From: Candidatus Eiseniibacteriota bacterium
GTDB taxonomy: Bacteria > Eisenbacteria > RBG-16-71-46 > DASYSL01
Direction: 5' to 3'
Length of the DNA: 52,850 nucleotides
Assembly: GCA_046598045.1 (NCBI GenBank)
Contig: JBKJJJ010000012.1
Span: 1 to 52,850 of the forward strand
A program made the position numbers and the translations under genes. Shown one piece after another: positions 21,001 to 31,922 of the stretch. The notes below the pieces were generated by a model. It was given only the letters and a program-made list of their open reading frames with translations. It made no database searches and was not told the origin of the DNA. Numbering within the stretch: the first letter of the stretch is position 1; every line of letters starts with the position of its first letter.

Positions 21001-24000
21001 CCTCCGGGGCGGCGCGCAGCGAGGCGTTGGACCAGAGCACGCGTGACGCGAGCCGCTCGTAGAGCTGCGCCTCGTCGATCGACATGCCGAGGTGGCGCAT
21101 GCGCATCTGGGTCTGCGTGGCGGCGAGCGCGAACGTGCGCGCCGCCGACGCGGAATCGTCGTACTTCTCCGCCAGCGCGAGCGCGGCGGTGCGGCTCGCG
21201 GCGACGCCGGTCGCGAACGCGAGGCGCACCCGACCGCCGGGGGCGATGCGCACGCGCGCGCGCAGGCTGAGGACCGGGTCGAGCACCGCCCCGGTCGTGC
21301 CCGAGAGCGCGCGGCCGTCGAGCGCGACCGGGTTCTCCGGGGTGCGTCCACGGCCGAGGAAGCGCACGCGGTCGGTCTCCCACTCGACGGCCGCGTGGAG
21401 CCCGCGTTCGGAGCTCAGGACGTGCACCGCCCACGGCGCGAGTTCCTCGGGGGAGCGGGGGCGCCGGCCGCAGAGCAGCGCGGTGTACTCGGGACGGTAT
21501 TCGGTCTCGAGGAACAGCTTGAGGAACGCCGGGTGGGAGAGATCCTCGAGGTGGGGCGCGAGCACGATCTCGACGAAGCTCGTCACCTCGATCTCCCGGG
21601 CGCGGTCGCTGTGATTGACCAGCGAGACGCGCCGCACCTCGACGTCGTCCTCGGGCGACACCGTGATCTCGAGCCGGCTCTCGATGCCGTCGTCCGAGCG
21701 CTCGAACAGCGCGCCGTCCGCCTGGAACGTGACGCGGTAGCGCTCGGGCTCGTGGCACACCGGTTGGTGCGTGGCCGACCAGAGCAGGCCGCTGCGCACG
21801 TCGCGCAGGTAGATGAACTGGCTCCCCGGGTCGCTCGTGGGATCGTCGCGGCGCCGCGTGACCGAGCGTCCGCGCCAGGAACTGCTGCCGCCGCCCGCGT
21901 TGGTGACCACCGTCGTGTACTGCCCGTTGGAGAGGAAGTGCGCGCTCGGGTAAGGCGTATGCGGCGAGCGGAAGCGCCGCGGCGAGACCGCGGGCACGAG
22001 CGGCTCGACGCGCGTCGGCTCCGCCGGGCGCGGGCGGATCACGGGCACATAGCGAGGCACGCGCTCCTGCAGCAGCGGCTCGGTCGCCTGCACGCGCGGA
22101 TCGGAGTGGAAGCGTCGGACCATCGGGGCGTCGAGCACGACATTGGCCAGCGCGACCATGCTCATGCCCTGGTGATGGGCGAAGAACGCGTGCACGCGGT
22201 GAAGGCGCCCCGGCGCGGGCGCGGGCTCGCCGTCGGGGGCGGGGACCTTGCGCGGCGTGTAGTCGAGCGCCTCGTCGAACCCGAACGCGCCGGCGGCGCC
22301 CTCGCGCTCGAGGCGGCGGAAGTTCGCGGCCGCGGCGGTGGGATCGACCATCGCGGCGAGCGCGGTCGCGTAGGGCGCCACCACGAGGTCCTCGGCGAGA
22401 CCGCGCTTGAGGCCGAGCCCGGGCACGCCGAATGCCTTGTACTGGTACGCGCCGTGCGGGTCCGCCACGTTGTAGGCCGACTCCGAGATGCCCCACGGCA
22501 CGCGCTGGCGCCGACCGTAGAGGATCTGCGCGCGCACGGCGGCGCTGCACGTGCTCTCGAGCAGGGTCTGCGGGTGGCTGCGCAGCATCAAGAGTGGCAT
22601 CAGGTACTCGAACATCGATCCGCTCCACGACACCAGCGTGGTGCAGCCCTCGACGCTGATCAGCGCGCGCGACAGGCGGAACCAGTGCTCTTGCGGCACC
22701 TCGTCGCGTGCGATCGCGATGAAGCTCGCGAGTCGGGCCTCGGTCGCGAGCAGGTCGTAGTACGAGGGGTCGAGGCGCCCCGGCCCCTCCGCGTCGGCGA
22801 GACGGAACCCGATCGCGAACACGCCGCGCGGGCGGTCGTAGAGGAACTTCCAGTTCATGCCGTCCGCGAACGCGCCCGCGCGCTGGGCGAGCTCGAGCAG
22901 GCGTTCGCGCAGTGCCTCCGGCGCGACCCCCGGCGCGGCCGGCGGGACGAGCGCGTCGTGGAGCAGCGCGCACCACGCGATGACTCTTGCGGCTCCGGCG
23001 TCCCCCGGGGCGACGGCCTCGAGCTCGGCGAGCGCGGTACGCACGCGCCCGACCAGCCGCGCGGCCGTCTCGAGCCGCGTCCGCGCGGGCGCATTGCCCG
23101 CGAGCGCCGCGCGCAGGGCCCCGAGCTCCGTGCGCGCGAGACTGCAGCAACCGTGCAGCGGTGTCGCCGGATGCGCGTCCCGTACGATCGCGGACAGTGT
23201 GTCGGCGAGGACGCCGGCGGTGTCGGTCGCCCCGGCGCAGCGGCGCTCGTCGTCGAGGCCGGGGTCGGTGTGTTCGGCAACCTCGCGCAATCCCGCGGCG
23301 AGCGCCATCAACGAGCCCGCGAGGTTGCCGCTGTCGACCGTCGAGACGTAGCGCGGCGCGAGCGGCGCCAGGCTGATCGTGTCGTACCAGTTGAGCAGGT
23401 GGCCTTCGTGCCGCTCGATCGCCTCGGCGGTCGTGAGCGTGCGGTCGATCTGCTCGACCAGCATGGGTGTGTCGACGTAGCCGAGGTCGTGCGCGGCCAG
23501 CGTCGAGAGCAATCCCATGCCGATGTTCGTCGGCGAGGTGCGATGCGCGACGCGCAGGTCCGGAGCTTCCTGCACGTTGTCCGGCGGGAGGCCGTGATCC
23601 TCGTCGGTGACGAAGCGCTCGAAGTAGTGCCACGTCCGGCGCGCGATCCGCCGCAGCTGTTCCGTGTCCTCGGGGCCGAGCGCCTGGCGCCTCGGTTCCA
23701 CCGGACGGCTCAGCCACCACGCGACCCACGGCGAGAAGGCCCACGCGGCGAGAAACGGGAGTGCAACCGGCAGCGCGCCGCGCGTGAGCGGCAGCAATCC
23801 GAGCAGGACCGCGAGCGCGGCCGCCGGCCCGGACCACATCTCGGCGAGGAACGCGCGGGGCCCCTGGTCGGCGAGCAGCCCGGCGGCGCGTGCCGCGGTC
23901 GCCGCGGCGGTCTCCCATTCGAGCAGCCGGCGCTGCGTGATCAACAGGCGCACGAGCGTGAGCACGATCGCGTGCAGCATCTGGAAGGCGTGATAGGGCA

Positions 24001-26692
24001 GCAGCACGACCTGCAGCACGACCTGCGCGCCGGCGCCCTCGAGCTCCGACCACACGTCGTGCAGGAAGACCATGCCCGGCTGCTGCGGGCGCGGGCCGCC
24101 CGCGAGGTGCACGAGCGGCGGCACGAGCGGGAAGCCGAGCACGGCGAGGGCGGCGAGCGTCCAGGCGAGGGGCGCGCCCGGGAGCCAGGTCCACGCGGAG
24201 GCGAGCAGCGCGACCATGGCCGGAGCCACGAGGCTGCGCCGCAGGTTGTCGACGATCTTCCAGCGGCTGATCAGCGGCAGGTGGCTCGACTCGAACCCGC
24301 GGCGGGTGGGGATCACCGGCAGCAGGTGCGACAGGACTTGCCAGTCGCCGCGCACCCAGCGGTGCTGGCGGCGCGTGTGCGCGAGCACGCTCGAAGGGAA
24401 GTCGTCCACCAGCTCGACGTCGGAGACCAGCGCGCAGCGCGCGTACAGGCCCTCGAACAGGTCGTGCGAGAGCATCGCGTTCTCGCCCACGCGCCCTTCG
24501 AGCGCGGCCGCGAACGCGTCGACGTCGTACAGCCCCTTGCCGACGAAGCTGCCCTCGGCGAACAGGTCCTGGTAGGTGTCCGAAACCGCCGTGGTGTAGG
24601 GATCGACGCCGGTGTGTCCCGCGTACGCGCGGGCGAACAGCGAGCCCGCGGCGCTCGCCATGGTCACGCTGACGCGCGGCTGGAGGATGCCGTAGCCCTC
24701 GACCACGCGCCGCAGGCGCGGATCGAAGCGCGGGCGGTTCAGCGGGTGCTCGCTCACGCCGATCAGGCGCCGCGCCGTGTCGCGCGGCAGGCGCGTGTCG
24801 CTGTCGAGCGTGATGCAGTAGCGCACGTGCGGAAGGATCCGGCGCTCGCCCACCTGCGTGGTGAAGCTCGTGTCCGTCGCCCCGCGCAGCAGCCGGTTGA
24901 ACTCCTCGATCTTGCCGCGCTTGCGCTCCCACCCCATCCACACGCCCTCGCTGCCGTTCCAGCGCCGGGCGCGGTGGAACAGGTAGAAGCGGTCGCGCGC
25001 GTTCGGGGCGTAGCGCGCGTTCAGCGCCTCGATCCCGGCCACGGCGGCGGCGAGAACCTCGGCCTCGCCGGGCAACGCCTCGGTGCGCGCGTCGGGGAAG
25101 TCGGTGAGCAGCGCGAAGTGGATTCTCGGATCCATGTTGCCGAGCGCCTGGACCTCGAGATGGTCGACCAGCGCCTGGGCGCCGTCGACCGAGGAGATGA
25201 TCGTCGGCACGATCACCATCGTGCGGGCGGAATCGGGAATGCCACCGCGGAGGTCGAGTCGCGGCAGCGGCAAGGGCCGGGCGAGCCGATGGACGAGCCG
25301 CTGCACGAGCGCGACCGCGATCTCGCTCGCCGGGAGCAGTGCGATCGCCGCCGCGCCGAGCTCGACCCAGCTGGTCGCGCCCTGTGCGCGGACCGCGGCC
25401 ACCGCGGCCAAGGTGCCGAGACCCGTGAGCAGGGCGAGCGACCCGAGGTAGAACGGGGTGGCGTGCGCGAACAGCAGGCGTTTGAGGCGCTGCCCGAGCG
25501 GTGGGTGGTAGGCGACGTCGGTCTCGAGTTCGCGGCGCCCGCCGCCGATCAGGTGCTCCCCGACGTGCGCCGCCCGGAGGTCGTGCCCCGCGCTCTCGGC
25601 GGCCTGGCGCGCGCTCTCGATCGCGCGCAGCGCGACGCGCACCTGGGCCTCGCCCGTCGGCTCCGCCAGCTCCTCGACGGCGTGGCGGTAACGGTCGCGG
25701 CTGGCGAACGTCATGCGCGCGTACACGCCGGCCGGATCGCGGCGCAGGATCTGCTCGATCAGGCTTGCGCGCTCGACGTATTCGCTCCAGTCGAGCGTCG
25801 CGCACAGCCGCAGGCTGGTGATCGAATTGCCCATGGAGACGTGGTTCATCGCGAGCCGCTGGTGCTCGGCGCGCACGGCGTCCTCGACCGTCACGCCGGC
25901 GGCGTCGAGGCGGTCCTCGAGCTGCTTGCGCAGGCCCGAGGCGCCGGCCCCGTACTCGCGCATGCGCTGCAGGAGCTGGTCGACGAACGCGACGTGCAGG
26001 ACCTCGGGCAGCGGCGGCGTGCGCCCGCTCGCCTGCGCGCTCTCGAACCCGGCGAAGAAGCGGTCGGCGACGAGCCGCCACGAGCGGCTCTCGAGCAATT
26101 CCTCGGAGAGGCGCCGCAGGTGCTCGATGAGCGCGAGCTTGAGCATGCTCGGCCACGCCCACAGTTCGCCGATGCTCAGCGGCGCGACGGTCTGGTAGGC
26201 GTTCATGAAGCGGTCGAAGCGCTGGGGGTCGAGCCGGGCGTCGCTGAAGCGGAGCAGCTCGACCGCCATCGCGTACACGCGCGCGACGCCCGCGAGTTCG
26301 CGCGTGGCGAGCTTCGGCAGCTCGCGGTAGTAGCGCGTCGGAAGGTGGCGGCGGATCTCGCGGATCTCGCCTTCCACGAGGTGGAAATTGTCGAGCAACC
26401 ACTCCGCGGCGGGCGTGGTCACCTCGCCGTTGCGCACGTCCCCGGCGAGCGTGTTGTAGGCGTTGCGGAGCGCGCGCGCGTCGACCAGCAGGCTGCGGGG
26501 GACGTGCGCCGGGCTGCGGCGCGAGTTGCGGGCGAGCGTGAATTCCGCGGCCAGGGCGCGCGCGCGTTCCTCGAGGTGCTCGACGCCGAGAAGTTCGCCG
26601 TGCAGCGGGCTGGTGTCGAGGCCGATCAGGCGCAGGCGCGCTCCGCCCCGGGAAACCTGGGATCGGGATGGCGGGATGCGAGCGCTGGTCAT
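18068..26692 (-). CDS. ndvB: Cyclic beta-1,2-glucan synthase (GT84 plus C-terminal GH94 phosphorylase)
   Basis: 2874 aa; [94 protein letters not shown] motifs of Cgs/NdvB/ChvB. Confidence 0.95.
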   Translation of the reverse strand: MTSARIPPSRSQVSRGGARLRLIGLDTSPLHGELLGVEHLEERARALAAEFTLARNSRRSPAHVPRSLLVDARALRNAYNTLAGDVRNGEVTTPAAEWLLDNFHLVEGEIREIRRHLPTRYYRELPKLATRELAGVARVYAMAVELLRFSDARLDPQRFDRFMNAYQTVAPLSIGELWAWPSMLKLALIEHLRRLSEELLESRSWRLVADRFFAGFESAQASGRTPPLPEVLHVAFVDQLLQRMREYGAGASGLRKQLEDRLDAAGVTVEDAVRAEHQRLAMNHVSMGNSITSLRLCATLDWSEYVERASLIEQILRRDPAGVYARMTFASRDRYRHAVEELAEPTGEAQVRVALRAIESARQAAESAGHDLRAAHVGEHLIGGGRRELETDVAYHPPLGQRLKRLLFAHATPFYLGSLALLTGLGTLAAVAAVRAQGATSWVELGAAAIALLPASEIAVALVQRLVHRLARPLPLPRLDLRGGIPDSARTMVIVPTIISSVDGAQALVDHLEVQALGNMDPRIHFALLTDFPDARTEALPGEAEVLAAAVAGIEALNARYAPNARDRFYLFHRARRWNGSEGVWMGWERKRGKIEEFNRLLRGATDTSFTTQVGERRILPHVRYCITLDSDTRLPRDTARRLIGVSEHPLNRPRFDPRLRRVVEGYGILQPRVSVTMASAAGSLFARAYAGHTGVDPYTTAVSDTYQDLFAEGSFVGKGLYDVDAFAAALEGRVGENAMLSHDLFEGLYARCALVSDVELVDDFPSSVLAHTRRQHRWVRGDWQVLSHLLPVIPTRRGFESSHLPLISRWKIVDNLRRSLVAPAMVALLASAWTWLPGAPLAWTLAALAVLGFPLVPPLVHLAGGPRPQQPGMVFLHDVWSELEGAGAQVVLQVVLLPYHAFQMLHAIVLTLVRLLITQRRLLEWETAAATAARAAGLLADQGPRAFLAEMWSGPAAALAVLLGLLPLTRGALPVALPFLAAWAFSPWVAWWLSRPVEPRRQALGPEDTEQLRRIARRTWHYFERFVTDEDHGLPPDNVQEAPDLRVAHRTSPTNIGMGLLSTLAAHDLGYVDTPMLVEQIDRTLTTAEAIERHEGHLLNWYDTISLAPLAPRYVSTVDSGNLAGSLMALAAGLREVAEHTDPGLDDERRCAGATDTAGVLADTLSAIVRDAHPATPLHGCCSLARTELGALRAALAGNAPARTRLETAARLVGRVRTALAELEAVAPGDAGAARVIAWCALLHDALVPPAAPGVAPEALRERLLELAQRAGAFADGMNWKFLYDRPRGVFAIGFRLADAEGPGRLDPSYYDLLATEARLASFIAIARDEVPQEHWFRLSRALISVEGCTTLVSWSGSMFEYLMPLLMLRSHPQTLLESTCSAAVRAQILYGRRQRVPWGISESAYNVADPHGAYQYKAFGVPGLGLKRGLAEDLVVAPYATALAAMVDPTAAAANFRRLEREGAAGAFGFDEALDYTPRKVPAPDGEPAPAPGRLHRVHAFFAHHQGMSMVALANVVLDAPMVRRFHSDPRVQATEPLLQERVPRYVPVIRPRPAEPTRVEPLVPAVSPRRFRSPHTPYPSAHFLSNGQYTTVVTNAGGGSSSWRGRSVTRRRDDPTSDPGSQFIYLRDVRSGLLWSATHQPVCHEPERYRVTFQADGALFERSDDGIESRLEITVSPEDDVEVRRVSLVNHSDRAREIEVTSFVEIVLAPHLEDLSHPAFLKLFLETEYRPEYTALLCGRRPRSPEELAPWAVHVLSSERGLHAAVEWETDRVRFLGRGRTPENPVALDGRALSGTTGAVLDPVLSLRARVRIAPGGRVRLAFATGVAASRTAALALAEKYDDSASAARTFALAATQTQMRMRHLGMSIDEAQLYERLASRVLWSNASLRAAPEVLAANTLGQSGLWAHGISGDLPILVLRVVEHNDLALVRQGLRAQEYWRLKGLSADVVILNDHPTGYLDAMHDQLEGLLEQGPWAAWRNRPGGAFLLRGDGMAEPDRVILMSAARAVLNGDRGELAEQLALPYPEPHWPATRAVRAQDATAEREPDVELPHLSHENGLGGFTNGGREYAIVLTGDAETPMPWVNVIANERFGTVVGATGAAWTWDSNSRENRLTPFTNDPVSEFSGEALYLRDEDRGEVWGATPGPLPRREDGGRWVTWHGAGVTHFAHREHGVTCELAVFVHAEETVKLSRIRLTNHADTPRRLSVFAYNEWALCPPRAGEHRFVVTEQDEATGAVLARNPYNSDFAGRVAFAHASVRPASATGDRLEFLGRNRSLRRPAALGRDGLSGRFGAGLDPCAALQVRVDLAPGETRELVLLLGEGEDRAHALALAGRFGSPEAATAALAEVEQKWDALLGAVEVETPDDSFDLIMNRWLLYQSVSSRLWGRTGFYQPGGAYGFRDQLQDVMALALARPDVYRAHVLRCAAHQFAEGDVQHWWHDHTGRGVRSRCSDDLLWLPFAVAHYVDTTGDVSVLDELVPFLEAPVLAPGELEAYSQPGVSAQGGTLYEHCLRAIDRGLTIGNHGLPLIGTGDWNDGMNRVGVEGRGESVWLGWFLSKILRDFALIVESRGDVERAARWRNERARLGAMLEQAWDGNWYRRAYFDDGMPLGSAQVQECRIDAISQSWAVLSGAAPPRRAERAMDAVRTQLIRRDTGVIQLLTPPFDQSNLDPGYIKGYVPGVRENGGQYTHAALWTVMAIAQQGNGDEAVELFHMLNPINHTRTLADVDRYKAEPFVVAADVYTHAAHIGRGGWTWYTGSAAWMHRLGLESILGLTRHGSTFAISPCIPGSWPRFTIRWRHGTSLYEITVENPVRRNRGLVSALLDGAAVNPRAIPLVDDGATHRLIVVMGEPAPALTPTLAGKTAL

Positions 26693-26783
26693 CGGCGGGC
26701 CTGCCTTCGGGAGTGGGGCCGTGGAGAGTCCGCGGCCCGTTCAGCGCGGCCCTCGCATGATAGCAGGCCCCGGCCGTCGTCGA

Positions 26784-27348
26784 ATGCCGTTGATCGCCGG
26801 TACCCGACCCGGTCCCTATGAGATCCTCGCACTGCTCGGTTCGGGCGGGATGGGCGAGGTCTATCGGACCAGGGATGCGCGCCTCGGTCGCGAGGTCGCG
26901 GTTAAGGTTCTTCCCGACACGCGAGCGGCGGATCCGGAATCACTCGCACGCTTCGAGCGCGAGGCACGCGCAATCTCCCGGCTCGCCCATCCGACCTCTC
27001 CTACATCGAGAACCGCCCGGCCGGACCCCGCGCTTGGAACCTCCCTAGTGAGCGGAAACGGATCGCCCGCGAGCCTGTTGCCGGCCGACTTCAACGTTGG
27101 CGACGTGCGCTTCTCGCCGGACGGGCGCGCGATTGCATTTCTCTCCGACGAGTCGGGACAGTTTGAGGCCTACCTCACGCCCTGTCGGCACGCCCGCGCT
27201 TCTGTTCACGATTGCGGGCGGGGCCTCATGGCGGAATTTCAACGTGACGGCGAACGGCGAGCGCATTGTCGCAATCCTGCCCGAGGTGAGCGGGAGCCAG
27301 GTGTCGTTGCAGGTGGTCGTCAACTGGCCGGGAGCCGTGGGACGCTAG
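26784..27348 (+). pseudogene. Internally deleted, frameshifted remnant of a Ser/Thr kinase-TolB (PD40) protein
   Basis: Kinase N-lobe ([18 protein letters not shown]...VAVK...[14 protein letters not shown]) joined directly to a PD40-like [16 protein letters not shown], then a C-terminal VVVNW in another frame; HRD/DFG absent. Confidence 0.8.
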
Positions 27349-27385
27349 CGGCGCCTGCGCGCTATGTCGGGGTGGCGATGGAAGC

Positions 27386-27907
27386 TCAGGGCGCTGCTGT
27401 GAGGTGCGCCTCCGCGATGTGCCAGCGCAATTGCTCCGGTGTCGCCCCGGGTACGTCGTTCACCCGCCGGAGCGTGTACGTCCCCGTGAAGCGCTGCGCT
27501 GCGCCGGCCGTCGTCGTGGCGGTGACCACGACCGGTACGGTTGCGTAGATCGATCCCGCCGCGCCCTCGGTATCGACCCCGCCTGTGATCTCGACGCCCG
27601 AATGCGCCGTCTGCGCGAAGCCGGCTGCGAATTGCTCGTAGGTTTTTCCGCTGGCCCCGCCGCCCGGGCCCCAGAGCGTGTATGCGGTGTGGTAGTCGCG
27701 CGCGTCGATCGCGGCGTAGTAGCGACGGACCAGGTCCGCCGCGGCGGCCGGAGAGCGCCCGTCCGAGACGGGCGTGGGTGCGCTCGAGTCCGCCACGGCG
27801 GCGTGCGATGCGGGCGGCGACGACGCGGGAGCGCTGCGCTGCGGACCGCATCCGAAGAGCGCGAGCGTGAGGAGCAGGAGCGACCCGCGGCGTGCAGCCG
27901 ACTTCAT
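27386..27907 (-). CDS. Putative lipoprotein
   Basis: [20 protein letters not shown] lipobox, Pro/Ala/Ser linker, [15 protein letters not shown] domain; start overlaps the upstream stop (ATGA). Confidence 0.75.
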   Translation of the reverse strand: MKSAARRGSLLLLTLALFGCGPQRSAPASSPPASHAAVADSSAPTPVSDGRSPAAAADLVRRYYAAIDARDYHTAYTLWGPGGGASGKTYEQFAAGFAQTAHSGVEITGGVDTEGAAGSIYATVPVVVTATTTAGAAQRFTGTYTLRRVNDVPGATPEQLRWHIAEAHLTAAP

Positions 27908-28761
27908 CGCGCCGCGCCGGACTCCACGGGCGCAGCCAGGAACTCGAGCAGCGCGCGGTTGAGCTCGTCGGCGTGCGTCCAGTTGAGGCCGTGCGGCGCC
28001 CCCGCAATCTCGACGTAGTGGCTGCCCTTGACGAGCGCATGCGTGCGGCGACCGCTCGCTGCCACCGGGACAAGGCGGTCGGCGTCGCCATGCACGATGA
28101 GCGTGGGCAGCTCGACCCTTGCGAGGTCGGCGCGGAAGTCCGTACCCCAGGATGCGACGCAATCGTACGAGGCCTTGGGAGACGCGCCCACGGCGACCTG
28201 CCAGCATGCGCGCACCGCCTCGTCGCTGATGCGCGTTCCGCCGAGCACGTCCACGTTGAAGAAGTTCGCGAGGAAAGCGGCGAGGAACGCGGGGCGATCC
28301 GCAGTCAGCGCAGCGCGAATCCCGTCGAAGACGGAGAGGTCGACGCCCTCGGCGTTGTCCGCCGCCTGGAGCAGGTAAGGCGAAACGGCGGCGATGAACG
28401 CGAGCCGGCTCACGCGCTTCGTGCCGAACTTCGAGGGGTAGCGCGCGACCTCGCCGCCGCCCATGGAGAAGCCGACCAGCGCCGCGTCCTTGAGTTCGAG
28501 CTTCGTCAGGATGTGGTCGAGGTCGGCGGCGAGCGTGTCGTAGTCATAGCCCGACCACGGCTTGCTCGACGCGCCGAAACCGCGGCGGTCGTACGTGATC
28601 ACGCGGTAGCCGGCGGCGACGAGCGCGCCGACCTGCTTCTCCCACGATGCGCCACTCAGCGGCCACCCGTGGATCAGCACGACCGGCCTGCCCGCGCCGT
28701 GATCCTCGTAATAGAGGTCGATCGATCCGGAGTTTTCCTGGCCTACGGTGATGTACGGCAC
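27904..28761 (-). CDS. Non-heme haloperoxidase/arylesterase-like alpha/beta hydrolase
   Basis: LIHGWPLSG, YDRRGFG, GFSMGGG nucleophile elbow, HGDAD, GAPHG; RBS GGAGG. Confidence 0.92.
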   Translation of the reverse strand: MPYITVGQENSGSIDLYYEDHGAGRPVVLIHGWPLSGASWEKQVGALVAAGYRVITYDRRGFGASSKPWSGYDYDTLAADLDHILTKLELKDAALVGFSMGGGEVARYPSKFGTKRVSRLAFIAAVSPYLLQAADNAEGVDLSVFDGIRAALTADRPAFLAAFLANFFNVDVLGGTRISDEAVRACWQVAVGASPKASYDCVASWGTDFRADLARVELPTLIVHGDADRLVPVAASGRRTHALVKGSHYVEIAGAPHGLNWTHADELNRALLEFLAAPVESGAAR

Positions 28762-28800
28762 GGTGTGCCTCCTGCAGCGCGTGAGGTGGGCAATCGGATC

Positions 28801-29085
28801 CTAGGAACGATGCAAGTCCGTCCAGTAGAGCAGGGATGCGAGTTCGTCGACGGCGACGTAGATCTCGCCGCGATCACTACGCGGCGTGGTGAGCGCGGAG
28901 CGCAGCGTCTGCACGTGCGCAGCCGCCCAGGGCGCCGGGAGTGGTGTGTCTCCGAGAACCTCCAATGCCGCGCGCACATCGAGCAGCGCAGCGGCCAGCG
29001 CTCCCGAGACGCCATCGGGGTGGGACTCGAACAGGTGTCGACGGGCGCGGCTCAGGTTTTCAGACGCGTGACGAAGTCGGTCCAT
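28801..29085 (-). CDS. Small helical hypothetical protein (94 aa)
   Basis: ATG 29085 with GGAG upstream; amphipathic helical composition; co-oriented with the downstream hydrolase. Confidence 0.45.
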   Translation of the reverse strand: MDRLRHASENLSRARRHLFESHPDGVSGALAAALLDVRAALEVLGDTPLPAPWAAAHVQTLRSALTTPRSDRGEIYVAVDELASLLYWTDLHRS

Positions 29086-29591
29086 GACGGGGATCTCCAG
29101 ATTGGGTCCATACGAGGGAGTCCATGCGTGACGGATGGCCGGGGACGCGGAGGGACCCGCCTGCGTCGCCGATGCCACACCACGACCGTCCCGCCAACGA
29201 GGGTTCCCGGTCAAGCGGGATCTGGCCCATGGGCGCGCGGCAACCGCTGGAGGGGGACAATCCGTTGTGCGTCCATCTGTAAGGCAGAGGATGAATTGCG
29301 ACGAATCTTCTGGCCCAGCCCCTCCGGGGACCAGATGATACGGGGCGGGTGGCGGCAGAGTAGAACGGCGATCGTTTCGCCGTGTCGTGCAGCCTGCTCG
29401 AGTGCTCTGCCGATTGGCTGAAGTCGCGACGCCGGTATTCGCAGAAGAGGAGTAAGACAATGAGGCCCGTACAGAGTTCCAAGGCGGCTTCTCTGAGCGT
29501 GATCCTATATCTGAGTCTGGTTGCTTTCGCCGGGCTGACCCTCGCCACAACCGTCCTACCCCCCAGCTATGTGTTGTCCTGGGGCTCACTA

Positions 29592-30694
29592 TTGACTCCT
29601 GCATAACCAATGTCCCATATTCCTGGACGGGAGGGAAGCCATGCGCCCGTTCGGAAGTCCTGCCGAGCTGGAGCGCCGCCGACTGCGCGCGCTCGACCTG
29701 CTGAAGGAAGGCTGGTTGCCCGTCGAGGTCGCTCGACGGGTGGGTGTGGATCGCCGCTCCGTGAGGCGCTGGCGTGCGAGCTTCGACGCCGAAGGCCGGG
29801 CGGGAGTCCGTGCGCGCCCCGCGTCGGGACGTCCCACCAAGCTGACGGAACCGCAACGCACTCGCCTCGAGAAGGCCCTGTTGCGTGGCGCTCTCGCCCA
29901 CGGCCATCCGACCGACCTCTGGACGTGCCCCAGGGTGGCGGATCTCATCGAGCGCAGGTTCGGGGTCGAGTATCACGTCGACCATGTTGGCCGGCTCCTG
30001 CACGCGCTTGGGTGGAGCCCGCAGAAGCCCGAGCGGCGCGCCCGCGAACGCGACGAGGACGCCATCCGGACGTGGATCAAGACCGTGTGGCCGCGCGTTA
30101 AAAAAAAGCCCGCGCGCTGAAGGCCAGCCTGGTCTTCATCGATGAGACCGGGCTGCTCATGGCCCCTTTGGTCCGGCGCACCTGGGCGCCGCGCGGGCAG
30201 ACCCCGATCCTCTACCAGCGCACGCGGGCGCACGACAAGGTCACGGTGATCGGCGCCCTCACCGTGTCGCCCGGACGGAACCGGGTAGGACTTTACTTTG
30301 CGCTCCTGCCGGATGAGAACGCCAAGGCCGGCCACTTCCGCCACTTCCTGGCGGATCTGCGCCGACACCTCCAGCGCCCCCTCGTCGTGGTGTGGGACCG
30401 TCTCCCGGGTCACCGCGCGAACGAACTTCGGGACGCGCTCGATCGGTCGGGCCGCGTGCATCTCGTGTTCCTGCCTCCCTACGCCCCCGAGCTCAACCCG
30501 GTCGAGATGCTTTGGGGCTACATCAAAACCAATCCGCTCGCCAACCACCCGGCCACGGACGCGCATCGCCTGGCCGATCGAGCGAGGCGCGCGTTCCGCA
30601 ACCTGCGCTCAAGACCCCAACTACTCCGATCGTTCCTGCGGGCAACGCCGCTCTTTTCACGTCTTAGATAGGACGTTAGTTATGCAGGCGTCAG
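29592..30694 (+). mobile_element. IS630-family insertion sequence (1103 bp) with TA target duplication
   Basis: TIRs TTGACTCCTGCATAACCAATGTCC versus reverse complement CTGACGCCTGCATAACTAACGTCC (20/24); flanking TA at 29590-29591 and 30695-30696. Confidence 0.95.
29641..30671 (+). CDS. IS630 transposase, OrfA (HTH) plus OrfB (DDE) joined by a -1 frameshift
   Basis: OrfA 29641-30120 (VARRVGV, SGRPTKL, WT, LGWSPQKP); A8G run at 30100-30108; the -1 frame reads KARALKASLVFIDETG...VVWDRLPGH...LPPYAPELNPVE. Confidence 0.93.
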
Positions 30695-31386
30695 TAGGTA
30701 CCGGCAACGGACAATTCGGGCGGCCATCTGGGGTTGCGGTCGGCACGGGGGGCATTGTCTATGTCGTCGAGTTGTTTCAGGGGCGCGTTCAGGCGTTCGA
30801 TAGCACCGGAAATTTTCTATTCAAATGGGGAACGCAAGGCGGAGGCGATGGGCAATTCGTGGGGACAGTCGAGGGGATTGCGGTCGGGCCAGGGGGAGAT
30901 GTGTTCGTCGTTGACATGGAAGGCGCCCGGGTCGAGGAATTCACCCCGAGCGGTGTGTTCGTTCGCAAGTGGGGGAGCACGGGAACCGGGAATGGCCAGT
31001 TCAAATCGCCTACCGGAATTGCCGTGGATGCGTCAGGCAATGTGTACGTGACGGATACGGGCAACCATAGAGTGCAGAAATTCTCCGGCGACGGCATATA
31101 CATCACGCAGTGGGGGAGCAACGGTACTGGTGACTCGCAGTTCGGCGACCCGTGGGGGATCTGTGTTGGCCAGACAGGGGAAATCTATGTGACCGACGCA
31201 GGCGCTGGAAACTATTGCGTGCGGGTGTTCGATGCGAACGGCGCGTTCCTATCCCGATGGGGCGGACCTGGGTCTGGTGATGGGCAGTTTACATTCCCCG
31301 CCGGGGTCGGAACTGACAACAATGGCTACGTCTATGTAACGGACTCCGGCCTGAATCGAGTGCAGATATTTTCTGCCACCGGAAGT

Positions 31387-31735
31387 TATCTTGCGCAGTT
31401 TGGCACGACTGGTTCCGGAGCGGGGCAATTCAACGGTCCGGACGGGATCGCGATAATTTCGGGGAGCGCGATGTTCATCGGCGATACTCTCAACAATCGG
31501 ATCGAGAAGTTTGGCGCTCCTACCACACCAGCGGCGAGCACATCTTGGGGCAAGGTGAAAGCAATTTACCGCTAGGCTTCTGCCTCTGTCGCCAGAATTG
31601 GTGCCGGAGTACGACGAAGCGGGATTATCTGCGGCGCTCCTGCCCCCGGCTCGAGCGGGATACGGCGGTCGCAGCATCTGGTGGCATATTGCCCCGGACC
31701 GCCATGAACCCGCTCCGGAGGGTCGCGCCCGCTTT
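31387..31735 (+). repeat. Copy A of an approx. 350-bp imperfect direct repeat (3' end of NHL gene plus downstream non-coding DNA); copy B approx. 32995-33345
   Basis: Shared GCAGTTTGGCACGAC...TACCGCTAGGCT...CTGTCGCCAGAAT...GGCTCGAGCGGGATA...CGCTCCGGAGGGTCGC; boundaries approximate. Confidence 0.85.
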
Positions 31736-31922
31736 CGGAGCGTTTGTTCCAAGCCCGCAACTGCCTCCACCTGTCTCACCTCCCGGAGGTTTCACCAAGC
31801 TTCGGGTCTGGGATGGAGCGGCATGGAAGAGTATCGCGCTGACGTAGCCAGCGCCATGGTCGGAGCCAAGCTCGAGTTCGGGGAGTTCCGGTCGCGTGAG
31901 CACGAAGAATAGAGGAGGAACC

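Larger units (their letters stand above)
29460..31575 (+). pseudogene. Secreted NHL-repeat beta-propeller gene (copy 1) interrupted by IS630; SWG tail
   Basis: 29460-29591 encodes the signal peptide to ...SWGSL and 30697-31575 continues GTGNGQFGRPSG...; removing the IS plus one TA gives 336 aa, the same length as intact copy 2. Confidence 0.92.

Noticed and set aside
18140..26821. Very long alternative-frame and antisense ORFs over ndvB (e.g. 21092-26821 +, 18855-26402 -), and similar ones over the kinase, coiled-coil, glycosylation and RND genes
   Set aside because: Arg/Ala/Gly/Pro-rich shadow ORFs expected from high GC3 codon bias; no motifs; they fully overlap well-supported genes
28801..30003. 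400-aa minus-strand ORF spanning the IS left end
   Set aside because: Chimera of IS antisense, NHL antisense and intergenic sequence; only the last 94 codons look like a real gene
30298..30681. N-terminal extension of the 425-aa ORF suggesting a transposase-NHL fusion
   Set aside because: The extension is an off-frame reading of IS630 OrfB, which stops at 30671 in another frame
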